Source: Bacteroidales bacterium
Lineage (GTDB): Bacteria > Bacteroidota > Bacteroidia > Bacteroidales > UBA3663
Reading direction: 5' to 3'
Assembly: GCA_045628525.1 (NCBI GenBank)
Contig: JAZQPJ010000082.1
Location: 7,310-71,309 of the forward strand
Length of the DNA: 64,000 bases
Positions 34,503 to 44,094 of the stretch are shown here, piece by piece (the stretch's first letter is position 1; each line of letters opens with the position of its first letter). Position numbers and translations under genes: made by a program. The notes beneath the pieces were generated by a model, which was given only the letters and a program-made list of their open reading frames with translations, was not told the DNA's origin and did no database searches.

Positions 34503-37500
34503 ATGTTCAAGAACCTGGCTTCGGTGCTTTGCGCCTCACTGGCCACCATTGCTACCGGTTACGCCCAGCTCAATGACGTTGAGTTGGGACTTCACATGTA
34601 CGGTGCCACCATCATGGACCGCAATCATGAGCGCACCTGGGTGCACTTCCGTTCGAACGATACACACAATCTGGAGCGTCACGACCCGTTGTTCTACAAC
34701 GACGACTTCCAGATCTGGGCCATGCGCTGCGGTGCCATGACGCCCGAGGGCTATCTGGGCTACATGACGCGCGTCTATTCGGTGGTGGAGTGGCCGGGCT
34801 ACTTCTTCCGCATGGATGTGGAGACGGGCGAGTATGAGGTGCTGCGCGACATGCAGACCGAGTACGAGGAGAACCGCTGGCCGGTGATCTACGACCTGGA
34901 CTATGACTGGAGCCGCGGCAAGCTCTACGGCGTGCAGCGAGACTACACAGAGAGGGGCTACGCCAGCTCGTCGCTCGTGGAGATCGACCTGCAGACGGGC
35001 AGCTACAAGCGAGCATCGCAGCAGGTAGGTTTCTACATCATGGCCATGGGCATCGATTACGACGGCTACTTCTACACCGTGTCGATGGCTACGGACGACG
35101 GCGAGTGGAAGTCGGGCACCAACCTGACCAAGTTCAAGCTGGTGGGCGACAAGCTGGAGCAGCTGTGGCAGAAACGTATCAAGGTGAACGGCGAGGAGTT
35201 CATGATCAACTACGTGAACGACCTCACGTTTGACTACACCACGGGCGACCTCTACTGGGCTGCCGACAACGACGACAACCTACAGCGCATCATACGCATC
35301 GACCCCGACAATGGCGACATCTACCGCATGGGCGCCATCGGTTCGTACGAGTCGATAGCCGGCCTCTACATACCATCGACCACGGCCGAGAGCCGCACCG
35401 CCCCGGCTGGCGTGAAGGGCATCGACGTGAGCTATGCCGACGCCGGACAGAGCATGACCCTGGGCTGGACCAACCCATCGACCCAATGGAACCGCGAACC
35501 GCTCAAAGACTTCACTGGTGTGAAGGTGGCGCGTGACCAGCAGGACAACGTGGTGGGTACGGTGAGCGATGTGGCTGCCAGCCGTCGCTCCACCTACACC
35601 GACAACGAGGCATCGGAGGGCGTGCACACCTATTATATTATACCTTACAACGAGAGCGGCAACGGCATCGCCACACCATGGAAGGTGTATGTAGGCGAAG
35701 ATCAGCCGGGTGCCGTGCTCAACCTCCATGCCGAGGCTACCGGCGAAGGCAGCATCACGCTGAGCTGGCAGAAGCCTGAGCTGGGCGCACATGAGGGCTG
35801 GATAGACGACAGCGACCTGCGCTATGACGTGGTGCGCATGCCCGATGGCGTGAAGGTGGCCAACGGCACGGCCAGCTGCACGCTGACCGATACGGAGCCG
35901 GGTACGTATGATGCCTACTCGTACGTGGTCACCGCCATCGGCAACAAGGGACGCGGCACCGAGCTGGAGAGCAACCATGTGCTGGCAGGCAAGGGCTATG
36001 AGGTGCCCTTCTTCGCCGACTTTGACAGCCAGCACAAGGTGGACATCTGGACCATCGTGAACCACAACGGCGACAGCTACACCTGGGAGTACGAAGGCAA
36101 GTATGGCGCAGCTGACTACCAGCGCGTGGGTATGGCCCTGGACTATGGCGGCGACGACTACCTGATCTCGCCCAAGATACATGTGGAGCAGGGCAAGGAC
36201 TACCGCATGAAGGTGAACCTCTTCATGAATGGTAACGATGCCTACCATGTGGAGCTGCAGCATGGCCGCAGCCTCGACCTCAAGGGCATGAGCACGTTTG
36301 CACGGATTGACCACACCATCAAGGATGGCGACGAGCAGTACCAGTACAAGCTGCTGGAGGGATTCTTCACCGCCGACTACACGGGCGACTGCTACCTCTC
36401 GATCCGCAATACCTCGGAGGCGGCATTGGCCAATATCGCAGTCTTCGACGTGCAGCTTGAGGAGCACTTTGCCTGCGACCTCACCATCAGCCGTGCCAGC
36501 CAGATCGTGGAGGCAGTGGCCGGCAAGACAACGCAAATGACCGTGGAGGTGCTCAACTACGGCTCGCAGCCTGTGACGGACTACAGCGTGGAGGTATTCG
36601 AAGTGGAGAGCGGTGACATTCTGGGCAACGCCACAAGCACAGGGACCGTTGCACCGGGACTGTGCGTGGAGGTTGTCGTGCCTGTCACCTTTGCCCACGG
36701 CGGCAAGCCCGTCATCGCTGCCCGTGTGGTGGCTGAGGGCGACCAGAACACCGCCAACAACACGTCGCAACCTCAGAACGTGAACGTGAACGAGGGTATC
36801 CTGGACTGGAACGTCGAGATCCTGGAGGCAGGTTCACGCGGCGAGAGAATCGACCTGGAGACGCGCGTGCCTTTCGACTTCACCTACCAGTATTCGGTGT
36901 GCCAGCACATCTACACCGCCGACGAGATCGGCATGGAGGGCAGTATACAGCGCATCGGTTACCGCTACCAGACCATCAACCCGAGCTTCGCCCCATCGGC
37001 CCACTTCCTGGTGACAGTGAGCATGAGCACCACCAGCCGCAAGAGCTTCAGCGGCCGCAGCAACTGGGAGACGATAGCCGACCAGAAGTGCGTCTTTAAC
37101 GGCATGATCGAGATCGAGGCATCGAGCGGCGACCACATCCTCAGCATCGACCTGGACGAGCCATTCCTGCTCCCTGCCGATGAGAACCTGGTCATCACCA
37201 TCGAGAAGGAGGGCATGACCAATACCCCATGGCCTATCGCCATCACCTGCTTCAACCTGGGCACCACCACCTTCCGCGGCCTGCGCCACAGTGTCGATGC
37301 CGTGGATTACCAGCCTTGGCCTGAAGGCACTGTGGATCAGCTCGAAGCCTGTCCGCAGATACTGATGGCCATCGGCGATGCTGACGGAATAGAGACCATC
37401 ATCGACACCGAGCGCCGCACCATCGATGCCACCTACGACCTGCAGGGCCGACGCATCAGCAGCCAGGCTCACGGCCTGGTGATCGTCAATGGCGAGAAGG

Positions 37501-37514
37501 TGATGGTGAAGTAA
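34503..37514 (+). CDS. large T9SS cargo protein B' (paralogue of 30677-33877)
   Basis: The order of segments matches B (VDIETGEYALI vs MDVETGEYEVL; Fn3 repeats; DDYLISPKIHVEQGKDYRMKVNL). C-terminal tail TYDLQGRRISSQAHGLVIVNGEKVMVK. The start is set at MFKNLASV after the -7 box at about 34452. Confidence 0.6.
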   Translation: MFKNLASVLCASLATIATGYAQLNDVELGLHMYGATIMDRNHERTWVHFRSNDTHNLERHDPLFYNDDFQIWAMRCGAMTPEGYLGYMTRVYSVVEWPGYFFRMDVETGEYEVLRDMQTEYEENRWPVIYDLDYDWSRGKLYGVQRDYTERGYASSSLVEIDLQTGSYKRASQQVGFYIMAMGIDYDGYFYTVSMATDDGEWKSGTNLTKFKLVGDKLEQLWQKRIKVNGEEFMINYVNDLTFDYTTGDLYWAADNDDNLQRIIRIDPDNGDIYRMGAIGSYESIAGLYIPSTTAESRTAPAGVKGIDVSYADAGQSMTLGWTNPSTQWNREPLKDFTGVKVARDQQDNVVGTVSDVAASRRSTYTDNEASEGVHTYYIIPYNESGNGIATPWKVYVGEDQPGAVLNLHAEATGEGSITLSWQKPELGAHEGWIDDSDLRYDVVRMPDGVKVANGTASCTLTDTEPGTYDAYSYVVTAIGNKGRGTELESNHVLAGKGYEVPFFADFDSQHKVDIWTIVNHNGDSYTWEYEGKYGAADYQRVGMALDYGGDDYLISPKIHVEQGKDYRMKVNLFMNGNDAYHVELQHGRSLDLKGMSTFARIDHTIKDGDEQYQYKLLEGFFTADYTGDCYLSIRNTSEAALANIAVFDVQLEEHFACDLTISRASQIVEAVAGKTTQMTVEVLNYGSQPVTDYSVEVFEVESGDILGNATSTGTVAPGLCVEVVVPVTFAHGGKPVIAARVVAEGDQNTANNTSQPQNVNVNEGILDWNVEILEAGSRGERIDLETRVPFDFTYQYSVCQHIYTADEIGMEGSIQRIGYRYQTINPSFAPSAHFLVTVSMSTTSRKSFSGRSNWETIADQKCVFNGMIEIEASSGDHILSIDLDEPFLLPADENLVITIEKEGMTNTPWPIAITCFNLGTTTFRGLRHSVDAVDYQPWPEGTVDQLEACPQILMAIGDADGIETIIDTERRTIDATYDLQGRRISSQAHGLVIVNGEKVMVK

Positions 37515-37531
37515 ACAAAAAACTGCAAAAG

Positions 37532-39526
37532 ATGAAAAAAATATCCATATTTGCCGTGGCACTCGCCATGCTGACCTGGCTGGCCACCCCGGCCCTGGCA
37601 CAGCGCCCCGATGACGACCCGGCACACACGGCCACCGAATACGACGAGGACAATCCACCCGTCCGTCTGGGCCATTGCAATACGGACTTCAACCCCTACT
37701 ACACGCGTCACTTCATGGAGCAGACCGACCAGGCCCATGAGTTCGGCGCCGCCATCTACCTCTCGCCCGAACTGCTCAAGAAGTATGCCGGGTGCACCCT
37801 GCGCAGCATCCACTTCGCGCTGTGGGACGAGGTGGGCGAATACTACAACGTGTTCGTGGCCGAAGAGCTCGGCGACATGTACCACGCCACGCAGCCCATC
37901 GTGCAGAAGCTGGTCACCAAGGGCAACTTCCACACCGGCTGGAACGCCGTGGATATCCCCGAGGTGACCATCACGGGCGACAAGGGCCTCTACGTGGGCT
38001 GGCTCTCGGCCGTCACCGCCGAACATGCCATGGAGGGCTACTTCACGCTGGATCACACCCGCGGCGAACTTGTGAAGGAGGGCAACTGGTACATGTCCGC
38101 TACCGGACGCTGGCAGGCCGTGGATGACAAGATCGGTCTGAACCTGATGATCCGTGCCTACGCCGATGGCGACGACCATGCCCCGGCGTTCGACGTGGGC
38201 CTCAGCAACCTCAACGGCCCCGACGTGATCTGGCAAGACCAGAGTACCGCCTACAGCATGCTCATCACCAACTACGGCATCGAGCCTGTGCTGCAGATGG
38301 ATGTGGATGTGCTGAGCGACGGCAAGCTCTTCGACCAGAAACACCTGGAGGGTCTCACCATCGGGCACAATGAGCACATGACGCTCACGGTGGACAACAT
38401 CCAGTTCCCCGATGCCGGCAACCACAGCATCAGCGTGGAGGTGAAGAGGGTGGACGGATATCCCGACAGCGACGAAAACGACAACGAAGTCTCGATGCAG
38501 CTCTATTCGATCCCCGCCAACACCGAGCCGGTGCCTCGCACCATCCTGATGGAGGAGATGACATCGGAGCTCGACCCGCTCGCCCCCGTGGCCGACAGCC
38601 TCTACCGCGAAGCCGTGCAAGCCTGTGACGATGTGATCTGGATCAAACACCACATCGATGGTGTCGGCACCCGTCGCGACGGCAACCCATGGGACACCTT
38701 CGCCACCGACGAGGACCGCGAATACATCCGCTTCTACGAGGGCTTCCCGCAGGCCAACTGCGACTTCACGCCAGCCCTGGTGTTCGACCGCAACCACTTC
38801 AACAATATGGCCGAGCAGACGGGCATCTGCTACTTCATAGCCGACGACTGGGAGGCTTCGATGATGTTCGAGGTGTGCCGCCAGGTGCCTTGCTACCTAA
38901 GCATCGAAGCCGAAACCAGCTACGAAGTCCAGTCAAGCCAGCTGCAGATAGACGTGGAGGCCACCTCAGCCATCAACCAGTTGATCTACGAGACCGACCT
39001 GCGCCTCACCATCTATGTGGTGGAGGACAGCCTGCGCTCCGTGCTGCAGAAGACCAACAAGGAGAGCCTCGGACAGCTCAACGACGACGGCACCTACACG
39101 CAGAATGGCGTGATTCGCTCGTTCGTCACCGGCGTATGGGGCGAACAGGTGAAACTGCTGCCTGTAGGCTCCATGTTCGGTTTCGACCGCCACTACACCG
39201 TCAGCATCCCCGAGGATTGGAACGTGGACAATCTGCGCGTCGTGGCCTTTGCACACAACTACGACGAGGAGGCACAATATGGCAACAACGTGGTGTATAA
39301 CGCTGCACAGAGCTTCGTGCGCCAGCCTGCCGGCCTCGCCGACATCGAGCACGATGATGCCAACATCGAGGAGGCGATCTCAGGACGCGTCCCATCGGGC
39401 AACGGCACACGCATCAGCACAATCGAAGGCCAAACCATCCCGGCTGGCACACAGTTGAAGCCCGGCTTCTACATAGTGCGCCGCGGAGACGATTCGGCCC
39501 GAAAGGTATTGATACGCAAACAATAA
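37532..39526 (+). CDS. T9SS cargo protein A' (paralogue of 28842-30578 lacking the CxxC)
   Basis: Signal peptide. N-terminal similarity to A (YAGCTLRSIHFALWDE... vs YAGSRIKAIRFAVYGN...). The equivalent of the CxxC site reads ILMEEMTSELDPLAPVA. C-terminal tail GFYIVRRGDDSARKVLIRKQ. Confidence 0.55.
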   Translation: MKKISIFAVALAMLTWLATPALAQRPDDDPAHTATEYDEDNPPVRLGHCNTDFNPYYTRHFMEQTDQAHEFGAAIYLSPELLKKYAGCTLRSIHFALWDEVGEYYNVFVAEELGDMYHATQPIVQKLVTKGNFHTGWNAVDIPEVTITGDKGLYVGWLSAVTAEHAMEGYFTLDHTRGELVKEGNWYMSATGRWQAVDDKIGLNLMIRAYADGDDHAPAFDVGLSNLNGPDVIWQDQSTAYSMLITNYGIEPVLQMDVDVLSDGKLFDQKHLEGLTIGHNEHMTLTVDNIQFPDAGNHSISVEVKRVDGYPDSDENDNEVSMQLYSIPANTEPVPRTILMEEMTSELDPLAPVADSLYREAVQACDDVIWIKHHIDGVGTRRDGNPWDTFATDEDREYIRFYEGFPQANCDFTPALVFDRNHFNNMAEQTGICYFIADDWEASMMFEVCRQVPCYLSIEAETSYEVQSSQLQIDVEATSAINQLIYETDLRLTIYVVEDSLRSVLQKTNKESLGQLNDDGTYTQNGVIRSFVTGVWGEQVKLLPVGSMFGFDRHYTVSIPEDWNVDNLRVVAFAHNYDEEAQYGNNVVYNAAQSFVRQPAGLADIEHDDANIEEAISGRVPSGNGTRISTIEGQTIPAGTQLKPGFYIVRRGDDSARKVLIRKQ

Positions 39527-39529
39527 CTG

Positions 39530-40060
39530 CTATTTGCTTTCACCTGACTTCCACTTGTAGGGTGACGGTTCGTAGCGACGCTTCTGGAGTTCGTAATCCA
39601 GCTGCATGAACAGGGAGGGCGACTCTTCGGCCTGCTCGAACTTGCGTACCAGCAAGCTGCATGAGCGCTCTTCCTCGACCTGTTCGTCGATGAACCACGT
39701 AATCATGTTGCTGGTGGCGAAATCGTTCTGACGTTGTGCTTCGAGCATGATGTTGGTCACGCTCTTGGTCACGTTTTGTTCCTGCTGCTGCGCCTCGCGG
39801 AACATGTCCAGCACCGTCGGCCAGTCGGTAGGAACGGCGGCCACGGCCAACAGGCGTACGCGCTCCTCCTGTGCCATCAGGTACTTCTGCAGGATGCGCG
39901 AATGGTCCAGCTCCTCAAGCGCCTGCACGTAGAACCAGTTGCTCACGCCCCGATAACCGTAGGCCTCGGTCTGCAATGACATACTCAGATACAGATACGA
40001 TGACCAGATCTCAGCATTGATCTGGTCATTGATCATCTTGGTGACTTCCATACTGATCAT
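39530..40060 (-). CDS. non-haem ferritin
   Basis: Ferritin-like four-helix signature INAEIWSSYLYLSMS...EELDHSRIL...EQ..E. Confidence 0.85.
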   Translation of the reverse strand: MISMEVTKMINDQINAEIWSSYLYLSMSLQTEAYGYRGVSNWFYVQALEELDHSRILQKYLMAQEERVRLLAVAAVPTDWPTVLDMFREAQQQEQNVTKSVTNIMLEAQRQNDFATSNMITWFIDEQVEEERSCSLLVRKFEQAEESPSLFMQLDYELQKRRYEPSPYKWKSGESK

Positions 40061-40358
40061 AGCTTGTAAAAGGAATAAAGTTAAACATGTTTGTTTATCT
40101 CCAGAGCTCCCCGAAATGAGGTCAAGGTCACCCCTTCAACGCCGCAAAGATCGCGATATTTCTCCATATTGCACACACTTTTCCATTCGAAATCAAAAAG
40201 GTTGCATAACCCAAGCATTATGACGATGAATGGTTTCGCGCATTTTGTTGGTCTTTCGCAGAAGAAAAAACTGCGAACACTTGGATAATACGAAAAAAAA
40301 CAGTACCTTTGCAGCCAGATATTCAACACATCAAGCAGTTGCATTCCCATACGTCACA

Positions 40359-41939
40359 ATGAACTCACTCCTAGTCCTCGGAATCATAGCCCTCTACTTC
40401 TGCATGGTGTTCGGTGTCAGCTGGTGGACCACCCGCCGGCACGACTCCGACGCACAGTCCTTCTATCGCGGTGACCGCAAGAGCCCATGGTGGGTGGTGG
40501 CCATCGCCATGATCGGCACCTCCATTTCGGGTGTCACCTACGTCAGCGTGCCTGGCATGGTAGCCACCAAGGACATGAGCTACCTGCAGATGGTGCTGGG
40601 CTTCGTGGCCGGCTATTTTGCCGTGGCCTACATCCTGCTGCCGCTCTACTACCGACTGGGGCTGTCGAGCATCTACGTCTATCTGGAGCAACGCTACGGA
40701 CAGGGGGCGCATCGCACGGGTGCCGCCTTCTTCCTATTGTCGAAGTTCCTGGGCTGTGCCGTGCGCATGTACCTCACGGCCGTGGTGTTGCAGCTGGTGT
40801 TGTTCGATGGTCTGGGGCTCCCCTTCGGGCTCTCAGTGGCTATCATCATGCTCATCGTGTGGCTCTATTCGTTCCGCGGTGGTGTGAAGACGCTGGTTTG
40901 GACCGACCTGCTGCAGACCCTCTGCCTGCTCATCGCCATGGTGGGCTTCGTGGTGTGTGTCAGCTCGGCCATGGGGCTCTCCACATCGAGTCTCTACACC
41001 ACGATTACCGATAGCCCGATGTCGCGCATCTGGTTCTTCGACGATGCCAACGACACGCGCTACTTCTGGAAGCAGTTCCTCGGCGGCATGTTCACCACCA
41101 TCGCCATGACCGGCCTCGATCAGGACATGATGCAGAAGAACCTGTCGTGCAAATCCTTGAAGGAGGCGCAGAAGAATATGGTGAGCTACGGCTTCGGCTT
41201 CCTGCCTGTCAATCTCATCTTCCTCTCGCTCGGAATATTATTATATATGTATGCCTCGCAGCTGGGCATGGCCACATGGGGCAACGGCACACTCACCGCC
41301 CTCACCGACATGCAGGGCAATGCCCTCCAGGCCGACGAACTCTTCCCCTACCTCGCCACCGGCACCAATCCTGTGACGGGCACGCCGTTCCTGCCTCTCA
41401 TCGTGAGCATCCTCTTCGTGCTCGGACTCGTCGCTGCAGCCTTCTCTTCAGCTGGTTCGGCCGTCACGGCACTCACTACGGCGGTGATGGTGGATTTTTT
41501 GGGAGGTTCGAATGTTTTTGGAAGTTCGAAAGGTTTGAAGGGTTTGAAAGGTTCGGAAAGTACACCTCAAACCTCTCAAACTCCCCAAAACCACCAACGG
41601 TTTTGGGTGCACCTCCTCAACTCCATCCTCATGGGTGTGATGATCTACCTGTTCCACCTCATGGCTTCGGGCTCGGTGATCAATGCTGTGTATGTGGTTG
41701 CCAGCTACACCTACGGCCCGCTCATCGGTCTCTTCTTCTTCGGCCTCTACACCAAGTGTCGTGTGCGCGATGGCTGGATTCCCCTTATCTGCCTCCTCTC
41801 CCCCATCCTCTGCTGGGTGCTCGACACCCACAGCGAGGCATGGTTCAATGGCTATAAGGTCGGTTACGAGCTGCTCCTCATCAACGGCGGCATCACAGCC
41901 CTCGGCTTGTGGCTCGCCTCGATCCGCACAAAGCAGTAA
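40359..41939 (+). CDS. sodium:solute symporter family (SSF) transporter
   Basis: FYRGDRKSPWWVVAIAMIGTSISGVTYVSVPG and multiple TM helices. The start is set at MNSLLVLG after the -7 box tacctttg. It carries an odd hydrophilic insert of about 40 codons (see the repeat at 41499-41618). Confidence 0.8.
   Translation: MNSLLVLGIIALYFCMVFGVSWWTTRRHDSDAQSFYRGDRKSPWWVVAIAMIGTSISGVTYVSVPGMVATKDMSYLQMVLGFVAGYFAVAYILLPLYYRLGLSSIYVYLEQRYGQGAHRTGAAFFLLSKFLGCAVRMYLTAVVLQLVLFDGLGLPFGLSVAIIMLIVWLYSFRGGVKTLVWTDLLQTLCLLIAMVGFVVCVSSAMGLSTSSLYTTITDSPMSRIWFFDDANDTRYFWKQFLGGMFTTIAMTGLDQDMMQKNLSCKSLKEAQKNMVSYGFGFLPVNLIFLSLGILLYMYASQLGMATWGNGTLTALTDMQGNALQADELFPYLATGTNPVTGTPFLPLIVSILFVLGLVAAAFSSAGSAVTALTTAVMVDFLGGSNVFGSSKGLKGLKGSESTPQTSQTPQNHQRFWVHLLNSILMGVMIYLFHLMASGSVINAVYVVASYTYGPLIGLFFFGLYTKCRVRDGWIPLICLLSPILCWVLDTHSEAWFNGYKVGYELLLINGGITALGLWLASIRTKQ
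41499..41618 (+). repeat. imperfect palindromic element with 9-nt periodic arms lying in frame inside the symporter CDS
   Basis: Left arm aggtttgaa gggtttgaa aggttcgga. Right arm cctcaaacc tctcaaact ccccaaaac. Translated as GGSNVFGSSKGLKGLKGSESTPQTSQTPQNHQR. Confidence 0.55.
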
Positions 41940-42025
41940 GCCGGTGTCATGCCCCAGCGGCATGCACATCAGCAAAAAGAACTACACTTCGTCAAAAAGA
42001 ACATAACATTAATCCCAACTCATAC

Positions 42026-42532
42026 ATGAAACTCCTGGAACTTGCCCAGTCGCGCTACAGTGTGCGCGGCTACGAGGCCAAGCAAGTGTCGGACACCGAC
42101 TTGCAATACATTCTGGAATGTACGCGCCTGGCACCTTCGGCAGTCAACCGCCAGCCATGGCACTTCTACGTCTGCCTGTCGGACGAGGCCCTCACCAAGG
42201 TGCGCCAATGCTATCCGCGCGACTGGTTCAACACCGCTCCCACCGTCATCATCTGTTGCATCGACCACACCGAAGAGTGGGTGCGTCCCAATGACAGCCA
42301 TCCGCACGGCATCGTGGACATCAGCATCGCTGCCGAACACATCTGCCTGGCCGCCACCGAGCTGGGACTGGGCTCATGCTGGGTATGCAACTTCGATGCC
42401 GCACTGTGCCACACTCTGTTCGCCATGCCCGAGCAACTGGAGCCCGCCGTGCTCATTCCGCTCGGCCACCCCACGACCGAACCTACGGAAAAGAAGCGCA
42501 AGACGTTGGAAGAGACCGTCACACGCCTCTAA
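42026..42532 (+). CDS. nitroreductase family protein
   Basis: RYSVRGY and APSAVNRQPWHF motifs, 168 aa. The start is set at MKLLELAQ. Confidence 0.8.
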   Translation: MKLLELAQSRYSVRGYEAKQVSDTDLQYILECTRLAPSAVNRQPWHFYVCLSDEALTKVRQCYPRDWFNTAPTVIICCIDHTEEWVRPNDSHPHGIVDISIAAEHICLAATELGLGSCWVCNFDAALCHTLFAMPEQLEPAVLIPLGHPTTEPTEKKRKTLEETVTRL

Positions 42533-42571
42533 CAAGTTGACTATCATCACACAAGAAAAACACAGGACGTG

Positions 42572-42886
42572 TCATCGCAGAGCGCCCTCGTCAAGAAGTA
42601 ATTGATGCTTACGCTCGATCTGCTCGCCCTCGCGCTGGCCATTGAAACCGCAGAGGGAGCCATCAGCAGCCACGACACGATGACAGGGAACATGTGGCGC
42701 AAAAGGATTGCGCCGCAATGCCTGCCCAACGGCCTGGGCACTGCGGCAGCCGATGCGGCGGGCGAGTTCTCCATAAGTGATAGTCTTGCCACGCGGCACA
42801 TTGAGCAGTTCCAGATAGACGCGTCGCTGAAAAGGGGTGATGGCAGTGGTGGTCTCGACAAGATGACGTATTTCGGTCTGGGTCAT
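42572..42886 (-). CDS. ogt: methylated-DNA--protein-cysteine methyltransferase (single-domain MGMT)
   Basis: Active-site motif VPCHRVV and HTH region GKTITYGELARRIG. Confidence 0.85.
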   Translation of the reverse strand: MTQTEIRHLVETTTAITPFQRRVYLELLNVPRGKTITYGELARRIGCRSAQAVGQALRRNPFAPHVPCHRVVAADGSLCGFNGQREGEQIERKHQLLLDEGALR

Positions 42887-43007
42887 GGATCTCTGTGAAA
42901 TGGAAAAAATGAATAGAGACAGATGCTAACGGGAATCGTTAACGGCTGTCACTATTCACTTTTATCTATTCTCTAGGGGAAAGAATAGCTATTCTCTATT
43001 AAATTTC

Positions 43008-43607
43008 TTACTTGCTTACAGCATAACGCTCATTGAGCATCTGGAGAACCTCACCAGTGATGTCATACTGAGGAGCAGCGATGAGGATATTGTCGTTCAT
43101 CGTATTGCTGAAGATGAACTGGAACTTCTTTACAGCGTTGTACTCCTTGAGGAAGTTCTGCACGGTATCGCTCAAGCGAGTGTTCATATCGAGCTGCTCC
43201 TGAGCGAGCTCCTGCTGTAGCTTGGCATTGAGCTGGTCGAGCTGGCTCTTCTTCTGCTCAAGGCGGTTGGCCTCAGACTGTGCACGCTGCTCGTTGAGGA
43301 ATGCGTTGGTCTGGAGCTTGCGCTGGAAGTCGTTATAATCACGCTCGAAAGACTGAGCCTGGCTGTTGAAGTTGGCGCGGGCATCCTCGGTCTTCTTGAT
43401 CAAGGCCTCATTGAGGTCCTTGGCAAATTCATAATTGGTAAGAAGGGAATCTACATTGATGTATGCAAGCGCATACACAGCTGAGTCTCCAAGAGCTGCG
43501 ACCGAAGCCGGAGTCTGACCATTCTGGGTGTTGTTGCAAGAGGCCAGACCTCCTACAAGGGCTCCTGCCATCAACAGCGCAGAAGCGAAAGTGTAAATTT
43601 TCTTCAT
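43008..43607 (-). CDS. OmpH/Skp-like periplasmic chaperone lipoprotein
   Basis: Lipobox GLASC and a long Gln/Glu/Leu-rich coiled-coil region typical of OmpH. Confidence 0.75.
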   Translation of the reverse strand: MKKIYTFASALLMAGALVGGLASCNNTQNGQTPASVAALGDSAVYALAYINVDSLLTNYEFAKDLNEALIKKTEDARANFNSQAQSFERDYNDFQRKLQTNAFLNEQRAQSEANRLEQKKSQLDQLNAKLQQELAQEQLDMNTRLSDTVQNFLKEYNAVKKFQFIFSNTMNDNILIAAPQYDITGEVLQMLNERYAVSK

Positions 43608-43649
43608 ATTATATTTTAAAGGGTAACATTTCTGTTTGAAATCATGTGG

Positions 43650-43850
43650 TTACTCATCATACAAACCCTGCCGATGACGTTCCTCATAATCCTGCGTCTG
43701 CACGCAATGGATTCCCTTGTCTCGCATAGCCTTGGATTGGCTCACATGCGTCTTCGGAAAGGTGCCATTTTTCACAAATAATATCTTAATTGCTAAAAAA
43801 ACAAAAGATATCAAAAGAAAACCGACAGAAATTAGAATTGTTTGCCACAT
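43650..43850 (-). CDS. small single-TM membrane protein (hypothetical)
   Basis: MWQTILISVGFLLISFVFLAIKILF then a polar tail. A -7 box on the minus strand lies at 43923-43930. No family is recognised. Confidence 0.35.
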   Translation of the reverse strand: MWQTILISVGFLLISFVFLAIKILFVKNGTFPKTHVSQSKAMRDKGIHCVQTQDYEERHRQGLYDE

Positions 43851-44094
43851 TTTTTGTATCTTTGCACCGCGAAAACGTCTCTGGGACAATTCCAGAGTCG
43901 TAGCAGGTGCTTTTTTCGGGTGCAAAGATAAGAAATTTATCAATCAATGCGCCAAAACAACCAACGATTTTAGCAAAAAAAATTATAAGTTGTAATAATT
44001 TAACAATTGTTATAGCAATTTGACCTAAAATCAGGACAAAAACAATAGGACAAAACAACTCAACAACACAATAACATAATAAAAAACATCGACT

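Noticed and set aside
35280-36770. A 496-aa minus-strand ORF antisense to cargo gene B'. A similar 442-aa ORF lies at 37469-38797 and a 279-aa ORF at 31229-32068.
   Set aside because: The argument is the same: each lies wholly inside a well-supported sense gene, has low-complexity GC-driven composition, and has no start context.
41147-41857. A 236-aa alternative-frame ORF inside the symporter gene. The antisense ORF 41448-41975 is similar.
   Set aside because: The SSF frame shows continuous TM-helix periodicity and family motifs. The alternative frames are Arg/Pro/His-rich GC artefacts.
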